64,000 nt of DNA, taken from contig OY969807.1 in NCBI GenBank assembly GCA_963703285.1, positions 1,664,001 through 1,728,000 of the forward strand, in the 5' to 3' direction. The translations under genes were made by a program, and so were the position numbers. The notes beneath the pieces are model-generated. The model worked only from the letters and a program-made list of their open reading frames with translations, was not told the DNA's origin and searched no databases. This DNA comes from an uncultured Nitrososphaerota archaeon (GTDB lineage: Archaea; Thermoproteota; Nitrososphaeria; Nitrososphaerales; Gagatemarchaeaceae). Below are positions 29,018 through 38,571 of this stretch, piece by piece; the stretch's first letter is position 1, and every line of letters begins with the position of its first letter.

Positions 29018-31091
29018 GTTTTCTCTCCACCTTGCTCGGACATTTGAAGTTGACGCACAGCCTCCATGGGTATCTGCCCGCCCTGACATACACCACCGGC
29101 CATCCGCAGAGCTTACAGGGCCGGTTCGTGGTCTTTATGGTCCCCCGCTGAGGAAGTGGCGCGGAGGCCCTGCACCCGTTCGGATAGTTGGTGCAACCGA
29201 CGAACCTCTTCTTGGTTTTGAAGGATCGGATGATTCTGAGCCGGCCCGTCCCGCACACGGGGCAGACACCGAGGACGCTCTGGGAGATTGTTGTCTGAAC
29301 CGCCGAATCGTTCATCCTGCGGCCGATTTCAAGCTCGTTCAGCTTCAGCCTCTCAATCTGCTTCGATAAGAGGTCGACGACCCGCTCTATGAGGACCGCC
29401 CCTTCGCCAGCCCCGCTCTCGATCTCGTCGAGCGCGCTCTCCGTCTCTCGGGTCAGCGCTGTGGAAACTATCTGAGGGCAGTATTCCTGCATCATCTCGT
29501 ACACGGATATTCCCAGGTCGGTGGCGACCAGGCTGTCGCCCGACGCGTAACCTCTGGTCACCAGGGTCGAGATAATGTCGGCCCGGGTCGCCTTCGTGCC
29601 GATCGATTCGCTCTCCATCTTCTCGAGCAGGCTGCTCTGGTTGTACCTCCGAGGGGCGCCCTCGAACTTCTCGGCGGAATCCACCTTCAGGACCGAGAGG
29701 ACGTCGTCCTCCTTCAGCGACGGGATGCTCTTGTCCTCTATTCCCGTGTACTTCCTGTAGTATCTCATCCACCCGGCCTTGAGGGTTCTTCTTCCGGTGA
29801 TTCGGAACAGATGCGCTCCCACCTCGATGTCCGCGTTCACCCTCTCGCGGATGGCCTCCTTCCCGAAGCACGCAAGGAAGCGCCGCACCACCAGGTCAAA
29901 CAACCTGCGCGCGTTAGAATCGAGGTTCCGCTTCGGCGATTCGCCGGTCGGGTAGATGGCGGGGTGCGCCTGGTCCGATTTGTCGCCCTCTCTCGGCCTC
30001 AGGTCTTCCTTCAGCAGTTCCTCGACCAGAAGGCTGTACTCCTGCATCCTGCCGATGTTCGATATTGTCTCATGGTACCTGAGAGAGGCCGGAAGCTTCT
30101 GGCTGCTCGTCCTGGGATACGATATCAGGGCGTCGAGATAGAGCCTCTCGGCGATTTGAAGGGTCCTGCTGGGCGTATATCCGAAGTTCCTGTATGCCTC
30201 TCTCTGAAGGTCTCCTAAGTTGAAGGGTGGCGGAGGGGGCTCCTTGTAGACGCTCCTTGAGAGCCCTGAGACGCGAGCGTTCCTCCCCTCGCATTCGTCC
30301 CTGACGGACTCGGCGTCGGCCCTCCTACCAAACCTAGACTCGGCGCTCGGCGCTTCGAACCTGAATCCATCCTTCTCGAAGAGCCCGGTGACGGTCCAGT
30401 AAGGCGTCGGCACGAAGCTCCGGATCTCTACCTCGCGCTCTACCACAAAACCAAGGGTGGGACCTTGCACGCGACCCATGCTGACGGTTCTGTATCCCGA
30501 ATACGCTGTCGCAAGAGACGAGGAGAGAGCCCGGGATAGGTTGATTCCCCACATGAAATCCAGCGCGTGTCTGATTCTGCCGGCCCTCGCTAGGCCCTCG
30601 CCGAGACCGGTCGCTGCTTCGTCGAAGGCCTTCACAAGTTCCTCCTTCGTCAATGTGGAGAACTTGGCCCGGAGAGCCTCAGCCTCTCTCCCGCCACAGG
30701 CGTATCTTAGGATGTTATAGCCGATGGTCTCTCCCTCCACGTCGAAGTCGCAGGCGTTGACGAGAGAACCCGCTCTTGCGGCGAGCCTTTCTATGGACTG
30801 AATGCGCTTCTCGATGTTCTTCGCTTTCTTATCGATCATGTGAACAGGATACCACTCGAGATCGAAGACTGGGTAGATGTCCCTCCCGCGGAAAGAATCT
30901 GAAATCGCGTATAGATGACCTATCGCGGAGCAGACCACGTAGTCGTGACCATCCCTTGTGAAGCCAAACACCTGAACGCCGTTGACGTTCATCGCCCTCG
31001 TCCCATCGACAGCCAGTGCGTCGGCGACCCTCCTGGCCGCGTCAGGTTTCTCACAGATGACCAGACGGTAGTCGGAGGGTAGCTTGTCCAT
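28986..31091 (-). CDS. topA: DNA topoisomerase IA
   Basis: ICEKP, ACDFDVEGE, SMGRVQGP, ISYPRT, AHPAIYPT, GTKATR, C-terminal Zn ribbons. Confidence 0.96.
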   Translation of the reverse strand: MDKLPSDYRLVICEKPDAARRVADALAVDGTRAMNVNGVQVFGFTRDGHDYVVCSAIGHLYAISDSFRGRDIYPVFDLEWYPVHMIDKKAKNIEKRIQSIERLAARAGSLVNACDFDVEGETIGYNILRYACGGREAEALRAKFSTLTKEELVKAFDEAATGLGEGLARAGRIRHALDFMWGINLSRALSSSLATAYSGYRTVSMGRVQGPTLGFVVEREVEIRSFVPTPYWTVTGLFEKDGFRFEAPSAESRFGRRADAESVRDECEGRNARVSGLSRSVYKEPPPPPFNLGDLQREAYRNFGYTPSRTLQIAERLYLDALISYPRTSSQKLPASLRYHETISNIGRMQEYSLLVEELLKEDLRPREGDKSDQAHPAIYPTGESPKRNLDSNARRLFDLVVRRFLACFGKEAIRERVNADIEVGAHLFRITGRRTLKAGWMRYYRKYTGIEDKSIPSLKEDDVLSVLKVDSAEKFEGAPRRYNQSSLLEKMESESIGTKATRADIISTLVTRGYASGDSLVATDLGISVYEMMQEYCPQIVSTALTRETESALDEIESGAGEGAVLIERVVDLLSKQIERLKLNELEIGRRMNDSAVQTTISQSVLGVCPVCGTGRLRIIRSFKTKKRFVGCTNYPNGCRASAPLPQRGTIKTTNRPCKLCGWPVVYVRAGRYPWRLCVNFKCPSKVERKHAVQSVQERS

Positions 31092-31160
31092 GGAAAAGGT
31101 CACTGTGGGCGAACAATGCATTTATTCCAATGCTTTAAAGACTGAGGCGCTGTCTCACCG

Positions 31161-31337
31161 TTGACGTACGAACTCATCTGCTCAAAATGCGGCCACACGA
31201 TATACTCAGGATTCGACCTACGTTCGCCCAACGATATCCTGAAGCCGATGGGCTACTCCTGCAAGAAATGCGGCACCAAGCTGACCCCGAGCAACTTCAA
31301 GGTCGATGTCATGAAGCTCGAGGGAAGGTTCGCCTAG
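31161..31337 (+). CDS. Small Zn-ribbon protein
   Basis: Hand-translated MTYELICSKCGHTIYSG...SCKKCGTKL (58 aa), divergent from topA. Confidence 0.8.
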   Translation: MTYELICSKCGHTIYSGFDLRSPNDILKPMGYSCKKCGTKLTPSNFKVDVMKLEGRFA

Positions 31338-32100
31338 CCGAATAACCAAGGCTCCTCATGTACACGCATTGATCCGCCCGAACGGAGAAACTCGACGCTG
31401 AATAGCTGGCCTGCCCGACGAGGCTGCTCTCCACCCCCCTCACCAAGACGAAGGGAGTGGCCTGGTCAGATTCTCCCATGACGAGCTGGGCCGCGGAGCA
31501 AAGGTCGTCGGCTATTGCCTGGCTGGTAACCCTCAGGATGTTACCGAACAAATCCTTCTTTCCCCGCAGGTCCAGTACCGCCTCCAGACCTGCGGCGGCA
31601 AGGGCTACGCCTATGGTGCCCCGGCGGGTGGGCATCAACCTGCTGTCGGAGACGACGACGCCCACTCGCACACCGTGCCGGAACTCCATCGCTTCAACGA
31701 GGGCAGATGCCGACTCGAGCGCGTTTCTCGGGTAGAGCACGACCTTTCCTGGTTCTATGTTTGATTTGTCGATTCCCGCGTTCGGAGAGAGGAGTCCGTC
31801 CTTGGATGCGAGTACGAACCCGGTGACCCCCCCGAGCACTTCGTCCGACTCCCTGATTATCAGCTCGCAAAGCCGAGGCGGAATGTTGAACCTGGATGAG
31901 AGTTCCCCCGCATATTCCGACGGTATCACGGTGTCCAGTGACAAGACCCTCCCTTCGGAGATCGCGATGAATTTGCTCGACGCTACCAGGACGTCTCCGC
32001 TCCTAAGTCTCCTCCCGATGAGCCCGTCCAGAAGGTCGACGAGATTGAAGGGGGAACTCCTTCTCCCTGTCTTAATCGGCGAGAGCGTGATCATCGCCAC
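31309..32100 (-). CDS. cofE: Coenzyme F420-0:L-glutamate ligase
   Basis: VASSKFIAISEGR, NAGIDKSN, SDS..PTRRG, ADDLCSAA.LVMGE. Confidence 0.93.
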   Translation of the reverse strand: MAMITLSPIKTGRRSSPFNLVDLLDGLIGRRLRSGDVLVASSKFIAISEGRVLSLDTVIPSEYAGELSSRFNIPPRLCELIIRESDEVLGGVTGFVLASKDGLLSPNAGIDKSNIEPGKVVLYPRNALESASALVEAMEFRHGVRVGVVVSDSRLMPTRRGTIGVALAAAGLEAVLDLRGKKDLFGNILRVTSQAIADDLCSAAQLVMGESDQATPFVLVRGVESSLVGQASYSASSFSVRADQCVYMRSLGYSARRTFPRAS

Positions 32101-32146
32101 GGTTCCGTGCTCCGCTTAAATAAAGAGGGCAGCACAGCTCGAAGAG

Positions 32147-33262
32147 ATGAAGCGAACCCCCCTCTTTGGTTTTCACGCTTCGCACGGAAAGATGGTCGAA
32201 TTCGCGGGCTACGACATGCCGATCTGGTACTCGAGCATAACCGAAGAGCACCTCGCAGTCCGAAATCACTCGGGCATCTTTGATGTCTCTCACATGGGGA
32301 GGCTGATAGTCCGCGGCGCCGACGCGACGAACGTGGTCGAGAGGCTCGTACCGACAGGGAGCTCCTCACATCCGGTCGGCAAGTCATTCTACACGCTACT
32401 GCTCAATCCGGCAGGAGGGATAATCGACGACATCATAATCATCAAGAGACCCGACGACTACCTTCTGGTCGTGAACGCGGCGAACCGGTCGAAGGACCTT
32501 GAGCACGTGAGGAGCGTAGCGCAAGGGTCGGTCGTGGAGATAGACGACATAACGGAGGACACCACAATGATAGCAGTCCAGGGACCCGAGGCGACCCAAG
32601 CGCTCCAGCCTCTGACCGCAGTCGACCTTCCCGGCGTCAAGAGGTTCACGCACGTGGAGTCGAGCGTGGGGGGGAGCGAGGCTACGATTACGAGAACGGG
32701 ATATACCGGTGAGGACGGATTCGAGATAATACTCCATGACTCTGGCACGGAGGACGCAGCAATCGCCATGGCTGTCTGGAGCGACCTTGCGACGAGAGCT
32801 CGCCCGTGCGGTCTGGGCGCGAGGGATTCCCTTCGCATCGAGGCTGGCCTCCCGCTCTACGGTTCTGACATCGACGAAACCACAAATCCGATCGAAGCCG
32901 AGTTATCCTGGGTCCTCTCAAAGGGGAAGACGGGGTATGTCGGAGACGAGGCCATCGCACGGTACAGAATGGGACCGTCTAGACGCTACAGGAGGGGCAT
33001 CCTGATGACCGACAAGATTCCACGCCACGGCTTCGCGATAACCGACGACTCGGGAGGAAAGATAGGCGAGATAACCAGCGGGACATTCTCGCCGCTTCTC
33101 AAGAGGGGGATAGCGATGGGGTACATCGACGCGCCCAATTCGCAAGTGGGCGGGACCGTCGAAGTCGTTGTCAGGGGGTCCCCGAGCCAGGGCAGGGTAG
33201 TAAAGCCACCATTCTACGACGAAACTGTCTACGGCTGGAAGCGTACAGCATCGCAAGGATAA
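32147..33262 (+). CDS. gcvT: Glycine cleavage system T protein
   Basis: KRTPL, FAGYDMP, FDVSHMG, RTGYTGEDGFE, GLGARDSLRIEAG. Confidence 0.96.
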   Translation: MKRTPLFGFHASHGKMVEFAGYDMPIWYSSITEEHLAVRNHSGIFDVSHMGRLIVRGADATNVVERLVPTGSSSHPVGKSFYTLLLNPAGGIIDDIIIIKRPDDYLLVVNAANRSKDLEHVRSVAQGSVVEIDDITEDTTMIAVQGPEATQALQPLTAVDLPGVKRFTHVESSVGGSEATITRTGYTGEDGFEIILHDSGTEDAAIAMAVWSDLATRARPCGLGARDSLRIEAGLPLYGSDIDETTNPIEAELSWVLSKGKTGYVGDEAIARYRMGPSRRYRRGILMTDKIPRHGFAITDDSGGKIGEITSGTFSPLLKRGIAMGYIDAPNSQVGGTVEVVVRGSPSQGRVVKPPFYDETVYGWKRTASQG

Positions 33263-33292
33263 TAGTCTCTGGAGTCTGGACCGGGCGCCCGC

Positions 33293-33691
33293 ATGACCGA
33301 CCCGATTACAATCCCGCCGGACCTCCTGTACACGAGGGAGCACGAGTGGACCAGGCTCGAAGGCTCGACGGCGCGCGTGGGGATTACCGAGTACGCAGCG
33401 AAGACGCTGAATGACGTGGTCTATCTCTCCCTGCCCTCTTCCGGAGAGAAACTGAAGCAGCTAACGTCCTTCGGCACGGTGGAATCGATAAAGGCTGTCT
33501 CAGAGCTTTACTCGCCCCTCTCCGGCACCGTGAAGAGGGTGAACTCCGAACTGCTGAACCATCCGGAGCTCGTCAACCAGTCTCCCTACGGAGAGGGCTG
33601 GATCCTGGAGCTCGAAGTGTCGGACATCACAGAGAAGGCGGCTCTGTTAGACTCGAAACAGTACGCAGAGTTCATTTCCACCCTCGAGTAG
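33293..33691 (+). CDS. gcvH: Glycine cleavage system H protein
   Basis: YTREHEW, VESIKAVSE lipoyl site, NQSPYGEGW. Confidence 0.96.
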   Translation: MTDPITIPPDLLYTREHEWTRLEGSTARVGITEYAAKTLNDVVYLSLPSSGEKLKQLTSFGTVESIKAVSELYSPLSGTVKRVNSELLNHPELVNQSPYGEGWILELEVSDITEKAALLDSKQYAEFISTLE

Positions 33692-33799
33692 TAGGCTGAC
33701 CCGTCGGCGGCAAACACGAGCCTTTTGAAGACCAAGAGAATTGAACAGGACTCAAGATTAGAAAACCTCATAAGGTGATGTGCGGGGCTCTCGCCGAAT

Positions 33800-36151
33800 T
33801 TGAAGCTGGCGAGCCAGTTACGGGCCCTCCTGAGGAGGCCCACGATATCAAGGCAAAGCATGATAATCGCCTTGACGCTAACCAGCATATTCGTCGTCGC
33901 CCTCTTCATAAGGTCGTTCCCGGCCAAGTACGGCTTCTACCTCAACGAGTTCGACCCATACTACGATTACAAGTCCGCCCTATACATAGTCAACTCGTTC
34001 GACACCAGTCTGGCCGCTGGCCACGGGGGCTTCCCCGGTCTTCTGAGCTACTTCCACTGGACCGACTACACCACGTGGTATCCCGAAGGCAGGGCGGTGG
34101 CTCCGACCTCGCAGGACGGCCTCCAGTTCGCGGGCGCCCTGAGCTACCTGTTCCTGAGGGATGTCTTCGGGCTGAACTTCTGCACCTCAGCGGCGTCCTG
34201 CACGACCGCCGACGGCCTGTACAACTACCTCGTGCTGTTCCCAGTCTTCGTCGGGTCCCTGACGTGCGTCGCGCTCTTCTACTTGGTCAAGCGGATCGCA
34301 GGGGCGGCGGGCGGCCTCTTCGCGGCCCTCATGTTCGCGGTCTCCCCGCCAATCCTCGAGAGGGGCAACCTCGGGTGGTTCAAGTCGGAACCGCTCGGCA
34401 TCTTCCTGTTCGTCGTCGCCGCGTACATCTTCCTGACAATCCTCGACAGCGACATGAGCTCGCTGCAAAGGGTGGCAAGAGGGCTGTTCGCGGGCTTCCT
34501 TCTGGGCTATGCGAACACCGCGTGGGGCGGTGCCGAATACTTCACGGTCGCCTTTGGGCTGTTCTTCATAGCGCTTCCGTTCCTCGGAGACCTGGACCTG
34601 TCCAAGCTCTCGATAGCCGCCCTGTTTTTCACCGCGGGGGACATCTTCGGCAGCGCAATCTTCCCGGAAATCGGCGTCGGGGTGGTGCACAGCGCCGAGG
34701 GACTCGCGATAATCGGTGGTACTCTCTTCATAATAGTGGCGAGCTGGCTGAAGACGTGGGTCAAGCCGGACGACTACAAGAAGACCCTGTTGAAGGTCAT
34801 TTTCGGGGCAGCGCTGGCAGCTGTGGCGCTCATCAGTTTTGGGTCGGTTTCGACGCTCTCCGCTCGGTACCTGTCGGTGATATTCCCGTGGGTCAGGAGC
34901 AACAACCCGCTCGTGGAGTCCGTAGCTGAGCAGCAGCTACCGACAGGGAGCGACTACTTCTCGTCGTATCTCCTGCTCCTCTTTCTGGGCATCTTCGGGG
35001 CGATAATCGCCTTCAGGAGACGGAACCCGGCGACGATCTTCGCTCTAATCACGGCGATCCTGATGATTTACGCTTCGGGCGGCTTCTCGCGCCTGCTGGT
35101 GTACTCGACCATCGCGTTCGTCCTCCTTGCAGGAATCGGATTCGCCGAGCTTGCCTTCTCGCTCATGAAGCCCGCATCTTCCTCGATGGTCAAGCGGAAA
35201 CCCGCCTACAGCACGGGAAGCGAGATGCGCGCCGTCTATTCGGTGGCCTTCATCTTCCTCCTCGCGTTCCCGGCGAGCATATACTGGATTCCCAACCCCG
35301 TCGCCTGCACGTCCAGCAGCCAACTCTGCGACCAGAGCCCGGCAGACTACGGGGTAAGCATCGCCAACGGAGGGACGGTCTTCGCCCATTCAGAGCTGCC
35401 CGACTGGCTGGACGCACTGAACTGGATCAAGTACAACACGCCGCAGAACGCTGTGATAATCGCGTGGTGGGACTATGGATACTGGATTAACGTCATGGGC
35501 AACAGGAGCACGGTCGCAGACAACGCCACGCTCAACGACACGCGAATTGCGGAGATAGGACAGATGTTCATGTCCAACCCCGCCCAGGCCTATACCCTTG
35601 CGAAGGACATGGGAGACGGTCGTCCCGTGTACGTGCTGACCTTCCTCACAGGGAGCGTGCTCACCGAGGACGGGACACCCGTCTACTACACCCTGCAGAT
35701 ACCCGCAGGTAACGGATTCACCGCCGGCGGAGGCGACGAGAGCAAGAAGCAGTGGTTCATCCGCATATCCGGGCTGAACGAGTCAGAGTTCCTGGAGTGT
35801 CCGCAGATAACCGCCACCTGCACCAACGTGGACGACTTCAACCTGACCCCCACAGCGCTGTCGAACACCCTCTTCGGCGAGATGATCCCCTTCACCTTCT
35901 CTTCATGGTACAGCCTCTCGAACCAGACCACCAGCACGACGTATTCGTTCGATTCCAACAACAACCCGCCCCTGGAGCTCTTCAGCTATCCTGCCACCTA
36001 CCAGCTCAACGGGACCGCCAGTCCGTTCCAGATAGCGTACACGTCACCGAGCCTCACCAACCCCATACAGTGCGGCGGGAGCTCGACCAGCCCGATAGAC
36101 TGCTTCACGTCGGTTCTGGTGTACCAGCTGAACTCCAACTACACGGGCTAA
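33800..36151 (+). CDS. aglB: Oligosaccharyltransferase STT3/AglB
   Basis: LNEFDPY, WYPEGR, SVAEQQ, WWDYGYWI, ADN.T. Confidence 0.95.
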   Translation: MKLASQLRALLRRPTISRQSMIIALTLTSIFVVALFIRSFPAKYGFYLNEFDPYYDYKSALYIVNSFDTSLAAGHGGFPGLLSYFHWTDYTTWYPEGRAVAPTSQDGLQFAGALSYLFLRDVFGLNFCTSAASCTTADGLYNYLVLFPVFVGSLTCVALFYLVKRIAGAAGGLFAALMFAVSPPILERGNLGWFKSEPLGIFLFVVAAYIFLTILDSDMSSLQRVARGLFAGFLLGYANTAWGGAEYFTVAFGLFFIALPFLGDLDLSKLSIAALFFTAGDIFGSAIFPEIGVGVVHSAEGLAIIGGTLFIIVASWLKTWVKPDDYKKTLLKVIFGAALAAVALISFGSVSTLSARYLSVIFPWVRSNNPLVESVAEQQLPTGSDYFSSYLLLLFLGIFGAIIAFRRRNPATIFALITAILMIYASGGFSRLLVYSTIAFVLLAGIGFAELAFSLMKPASSSMVKRKPAYSTGSEMRAVYSVAFIFLLAFPASIYWIPNPVACTSSSQLCDQSPADYGVSIANGGTVFAHSELPDWLDALNWIKYNTPQNAVIIAWWDYGYWINVMGNRSTVADNATLNDTRIAEIGQMFMSNPAQAYTLAKDMGDGRPVYVLTFLTGSVLTEDGTPVYYTLQIPAGNGFTAGGGDESKKQWFIRISGLNESEFLECPQITATCTNVDDFNLTPTALSNTLFGEMIPFTFSSWYSLSNQTTSTTYSFDSNNNPPLELFSYPATYQLNGTASPFQIAYTSPSLTNPIQCGGSSTSPIDCFTSVLVYQLNSNYTG

Positions 36152-36152
36152 G

Positions 36153-36317
36153 CTAGCCTTCGTCCTTGTAGGCCCGTGGGTTCCGGTATCGGGCGTACTT
36201 GTCATCCGGCGAGTACTTGGCCGGGTGCGCAACGACCGCGGTTGCGCCGCACCTGGGACAGGCTTCCTTCATCGTGTAGCTGTGGCAGACCGAGCACCTG
36301 AGGAGGAGCGCCTTCAG
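36153..36317 (-). CDS. nop10: H/ACA RNP protein Nop10
   Basis: Hand-translated KALLLRCSVCHSYTMKEACPRCG...HPAKYSPDDKYARYR; CTG start overlaps the aIF2a stop. Confidence 0.93.
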   Translation of the reverse strand: MKALLLRCSVCHSYTMKEACPRCGATAVVAHPAKYSPDDKYARYRNPRAYKDEG

Positions 36318-37132
36318 GCTACCCCACCATACTTGCGTGACATCTCCCTCTTGCTGCTGAAGGTCCCATGCTTCCCGATTTCTTCCTGGATGCGCTCGAG
36401 CGCAGAGTTCATTAGCTTGTCAGCCTGCTTGTAGTCGTCCGCCACGACCCTGAGACGGTACCTCGGGGCGCCGACATAACTCACCTTGATCTCAGCGTTC
36501 GAAGAGACCGCAGTCGAGGCTTCCAACGCATCCTTGATCTGCTGGATGCCATCGGAGGCCTTCGAGCTTATCTCCACCACCGCGCCCACCTCGTACTTGG
36601 GCGAGGTTATCTTCTCCTTGGCAGCCTCGACTATCTCCTTCAGGGCCGGCTCCGGAATCTCCAGGGAGGCGAGGGCTTTCTCGCCCTTCTTCGACGCGGC
36701 CTCCAGGGCGTCGTAGAGCGAGCCATACTCCTTCTCGAGCTTGACAACGATTTCGTTGAACTGCGCGTCTCCGAGGGCGAGCTTCTTCTTGATCGTTCCC
36801 ATGATCGTCGTAGCCCGCTCCTTCTGCTTCCACTCTATGAGCTTGTTCCGCTTCTCTTCGTTCGTGACCTGACGAAGGGACAGGTCGACCTCCCTCCTCG
36901 ACCTCTCGGCCCTGATTACCTTGAGGACGAGCTTCTGCTGCACTTTCGCCACTCTGTCGATGTTCCTGACCCAGCCCGTGGAAATCTCCGAGATGTGAAG
37001 GAAACCGTTCATGTTGTTGTACTCGTCGAGGTCCACATAGATCCCGTGCGGCGTGATCTCCCTGACGGTGCAGAGGACAATCTCCCCGCGGTCGGGCAGC
37101 TCGGCTACTTCCATGAACTCTTCACCTATCAC
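36314..37132 (-). CDS. eif2a: Translation initiation factor 2 alpha subunit
   Basis: S1 domain LDEY...HISEISTGWVRNI, VDLSLR, YVGAPRY. Confidence 0.96.
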   Translation of the reverse strand: MIGEEFMEVAELPDRGEIVLCTVREITPHGIYVDLDEYNNMNGFLHISEISTGWVRNIDRVAKVQQKLVLKVIRAERSRREVDLSLRQVTNEEKRNKLIEWKQKERATTIMGTIKKKLALGDAQFNEIVVKLEKEYGSLYDALEAASKKGEKALASLEIPEPALKEIVEAAKEKITSPKYEVGAVVEISSKASDGIQQIKDALEASTAVSSNAEIKVSYVGAPRYRLRVVADDYKQADKLMNSALERIQEEIGKHGTFSSKREMSRKYGGVA

Positions 37133-37157
37133 TACATGCCTTTAGCTATTGCGAACG

Positions 37158-37355
37158 CTAGTCGAGTCTCTTGATGACCTGCGCGTCGACCCTTACCTTG
37201 CCTCCCGTCCTCTCGGCGAGCTTCCTTCCGCAACCCTTGCAAGTGACCTCCCTCGTCGATGCGGAGAACATCACCCGCTCCTCCCCGCAGTCAGGGCACT
37301 TGATCAGGACGAAGCTGCTGCGCGGCTTCGGGATGAACTCTCGCTCCCTCTTCAC
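37158..37355 (-). CDS. rps27e: 30S ribosomal protein S27e
   Basis: IPKPRSSFVLIKCPDC...CKGCG..LAERTGGK; GTG start overlaps the L44e stop. Confidence 0.96.
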   Translation of the reverse strand: MKREREFIPKPRSSFVLIKCPDCGEERVMFSASTREVTCKGCGRKLAERTGGKVRVDAQVIKRLD

Positions 37356-37630
37356 TGGGCAATCTCCGCCTTTCTCAACCTCATCCCCTTGCGCATGACC
37401 TCCTTGTTGCAGGTCTTGCACTTCAACTTCAGCGTCGCCTTCTTCGTGGTCTTTGCCGTCCTCACGAGCTCAGGGAACTTCTGACCACCATATCCCGTCT
37501 TCCTGCGGGCCTGACGTCGCGCACCCCAGGAGGAGGCCCTCTCCTTGCCCTTCTTGTAAAGGCTGACGGAGTGCAAGGTGTGCTTGTGACAGTGCGCACA
37601 GAACGTGTTTAGCTCCTTGGGGATTTTCAT
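37352..37630 (-). CDS. rpl44e: 50S ribosomal protein L44e
   Basis: MKIPK..TFC..C..HT.H, GYGGQKFP, AKTTKK. Confidence 0.97.
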   Translation of the reverse strand: MKIPKELNTFCAHCHKHTLHSVSLYKKGKERASSWGARRQARRKTGYGGQKFPELVRTAKTTKKATLKLKCKTCNKEVMRKGMRLRKAEIAQ

Positions 37631-37801
37631 AGTTTTCAGGCGAGTCGAAACCAGTCCAAATTTATGCGTTGTGGTCGTCCAAACCGATTCGGCGGTTCAT
37701 CGGCTTTGCCCGCCGCCGTCAGGTCCAACCATCTCCCCCGTTGGTTCCCACAGAAACCCAAAACCTATTTACCGGCGAGCCTCGGACCCGGACCGAATTC
37801 C

Positions 37802-38557
37802 TTGCTGTTTACCAAGACCTCTAGCGCAGTCGAGTGGAAAGCCGTTGCATCCGCGATAAAGACACTGGTTGAGGAGGCTACCTTCGAGGCGTCGAGCGAG
37901 GCGCTCATCTTCAGGGCGATGGACCCTTCGCACATAGCTCTCGTCGACCTGATGTGGCCCAACGCCGCTTTCGAGAGGTACGAGTGCGACAAGCCGTTCA
38001 AGTTCAGCATCCGCGTGGAGGACTTCGTGAAGTTGATCGGCAGGACCGATGCCAAGGACAGCATCGAGCTCACTTCGACCGAGGAGGACGCCCTACTCCT
38101 GAGGCTGATGGACGGCTACAAGAGGGAGTTCAGAATCCACCTGATCGAGAGCACGTCCGGGACGGCGCCGCTCCCGAAGCTCGACTTCGACGCGAGCATC
38201 TCCATGAGCAAGAGCATATTCGAGAAGGTTCTCGGCGACATCTCCGTCGTCGCGGACCAGGTAGCGATAAGCGCACTGAAGGACAGCATCTCGTTCGGCG
38301 GCAAGAGCGACATCGGAGCCGCCACGATACAGCTGGACAAGAACGGGGCCGACGTGCTGGAGATGGACGTGAAGGCCGAGGCGAAGGCGTCCTACAACAT
38401 CGATTATCTAGTTTCGATTTCGCGGGCCCTTGGCTCGACCACCGAGACAGTCCTGCTGCAATTCTCCAGCAAGAAGCCGGCGAAGCTGAGCTTCAAATTG
38501 AATGAACAGGGTGCAATAATAAACTACTTTTTAGCGCCGAGAATATCAGATACTTAA
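37802..38557 (+). CDS. pcn: DNA polymerase sliding clamp PCNA
   Basis: LVEEATF, RAMDPSHIALVD, C-terminal YFLAPR. Confidence 0.96.
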   Translation: MLFTKTSSAVEWKAVASAIKTLVEEATFEASSEALIFRAMDPSHIALVDLMWPNAAFERYECDKPFKFSIRVEDFVKLIGRTDAKDSIELTSTEEDALLLRLMDGYKREFRIHLIESTSGTAPLPKLDFDASISMSKSIFEKVLGDISVVADQVAISALKDSISFGGKSDIGAATIQLDKNGADVLEMDVKAEAKASYNIDYLVSISRALGSTTETVLLQFSSKKPAKLSFKLNEQGAIINYFLAPRISDT

Positions 38558-38571
38558 TATTTCGTACGATT

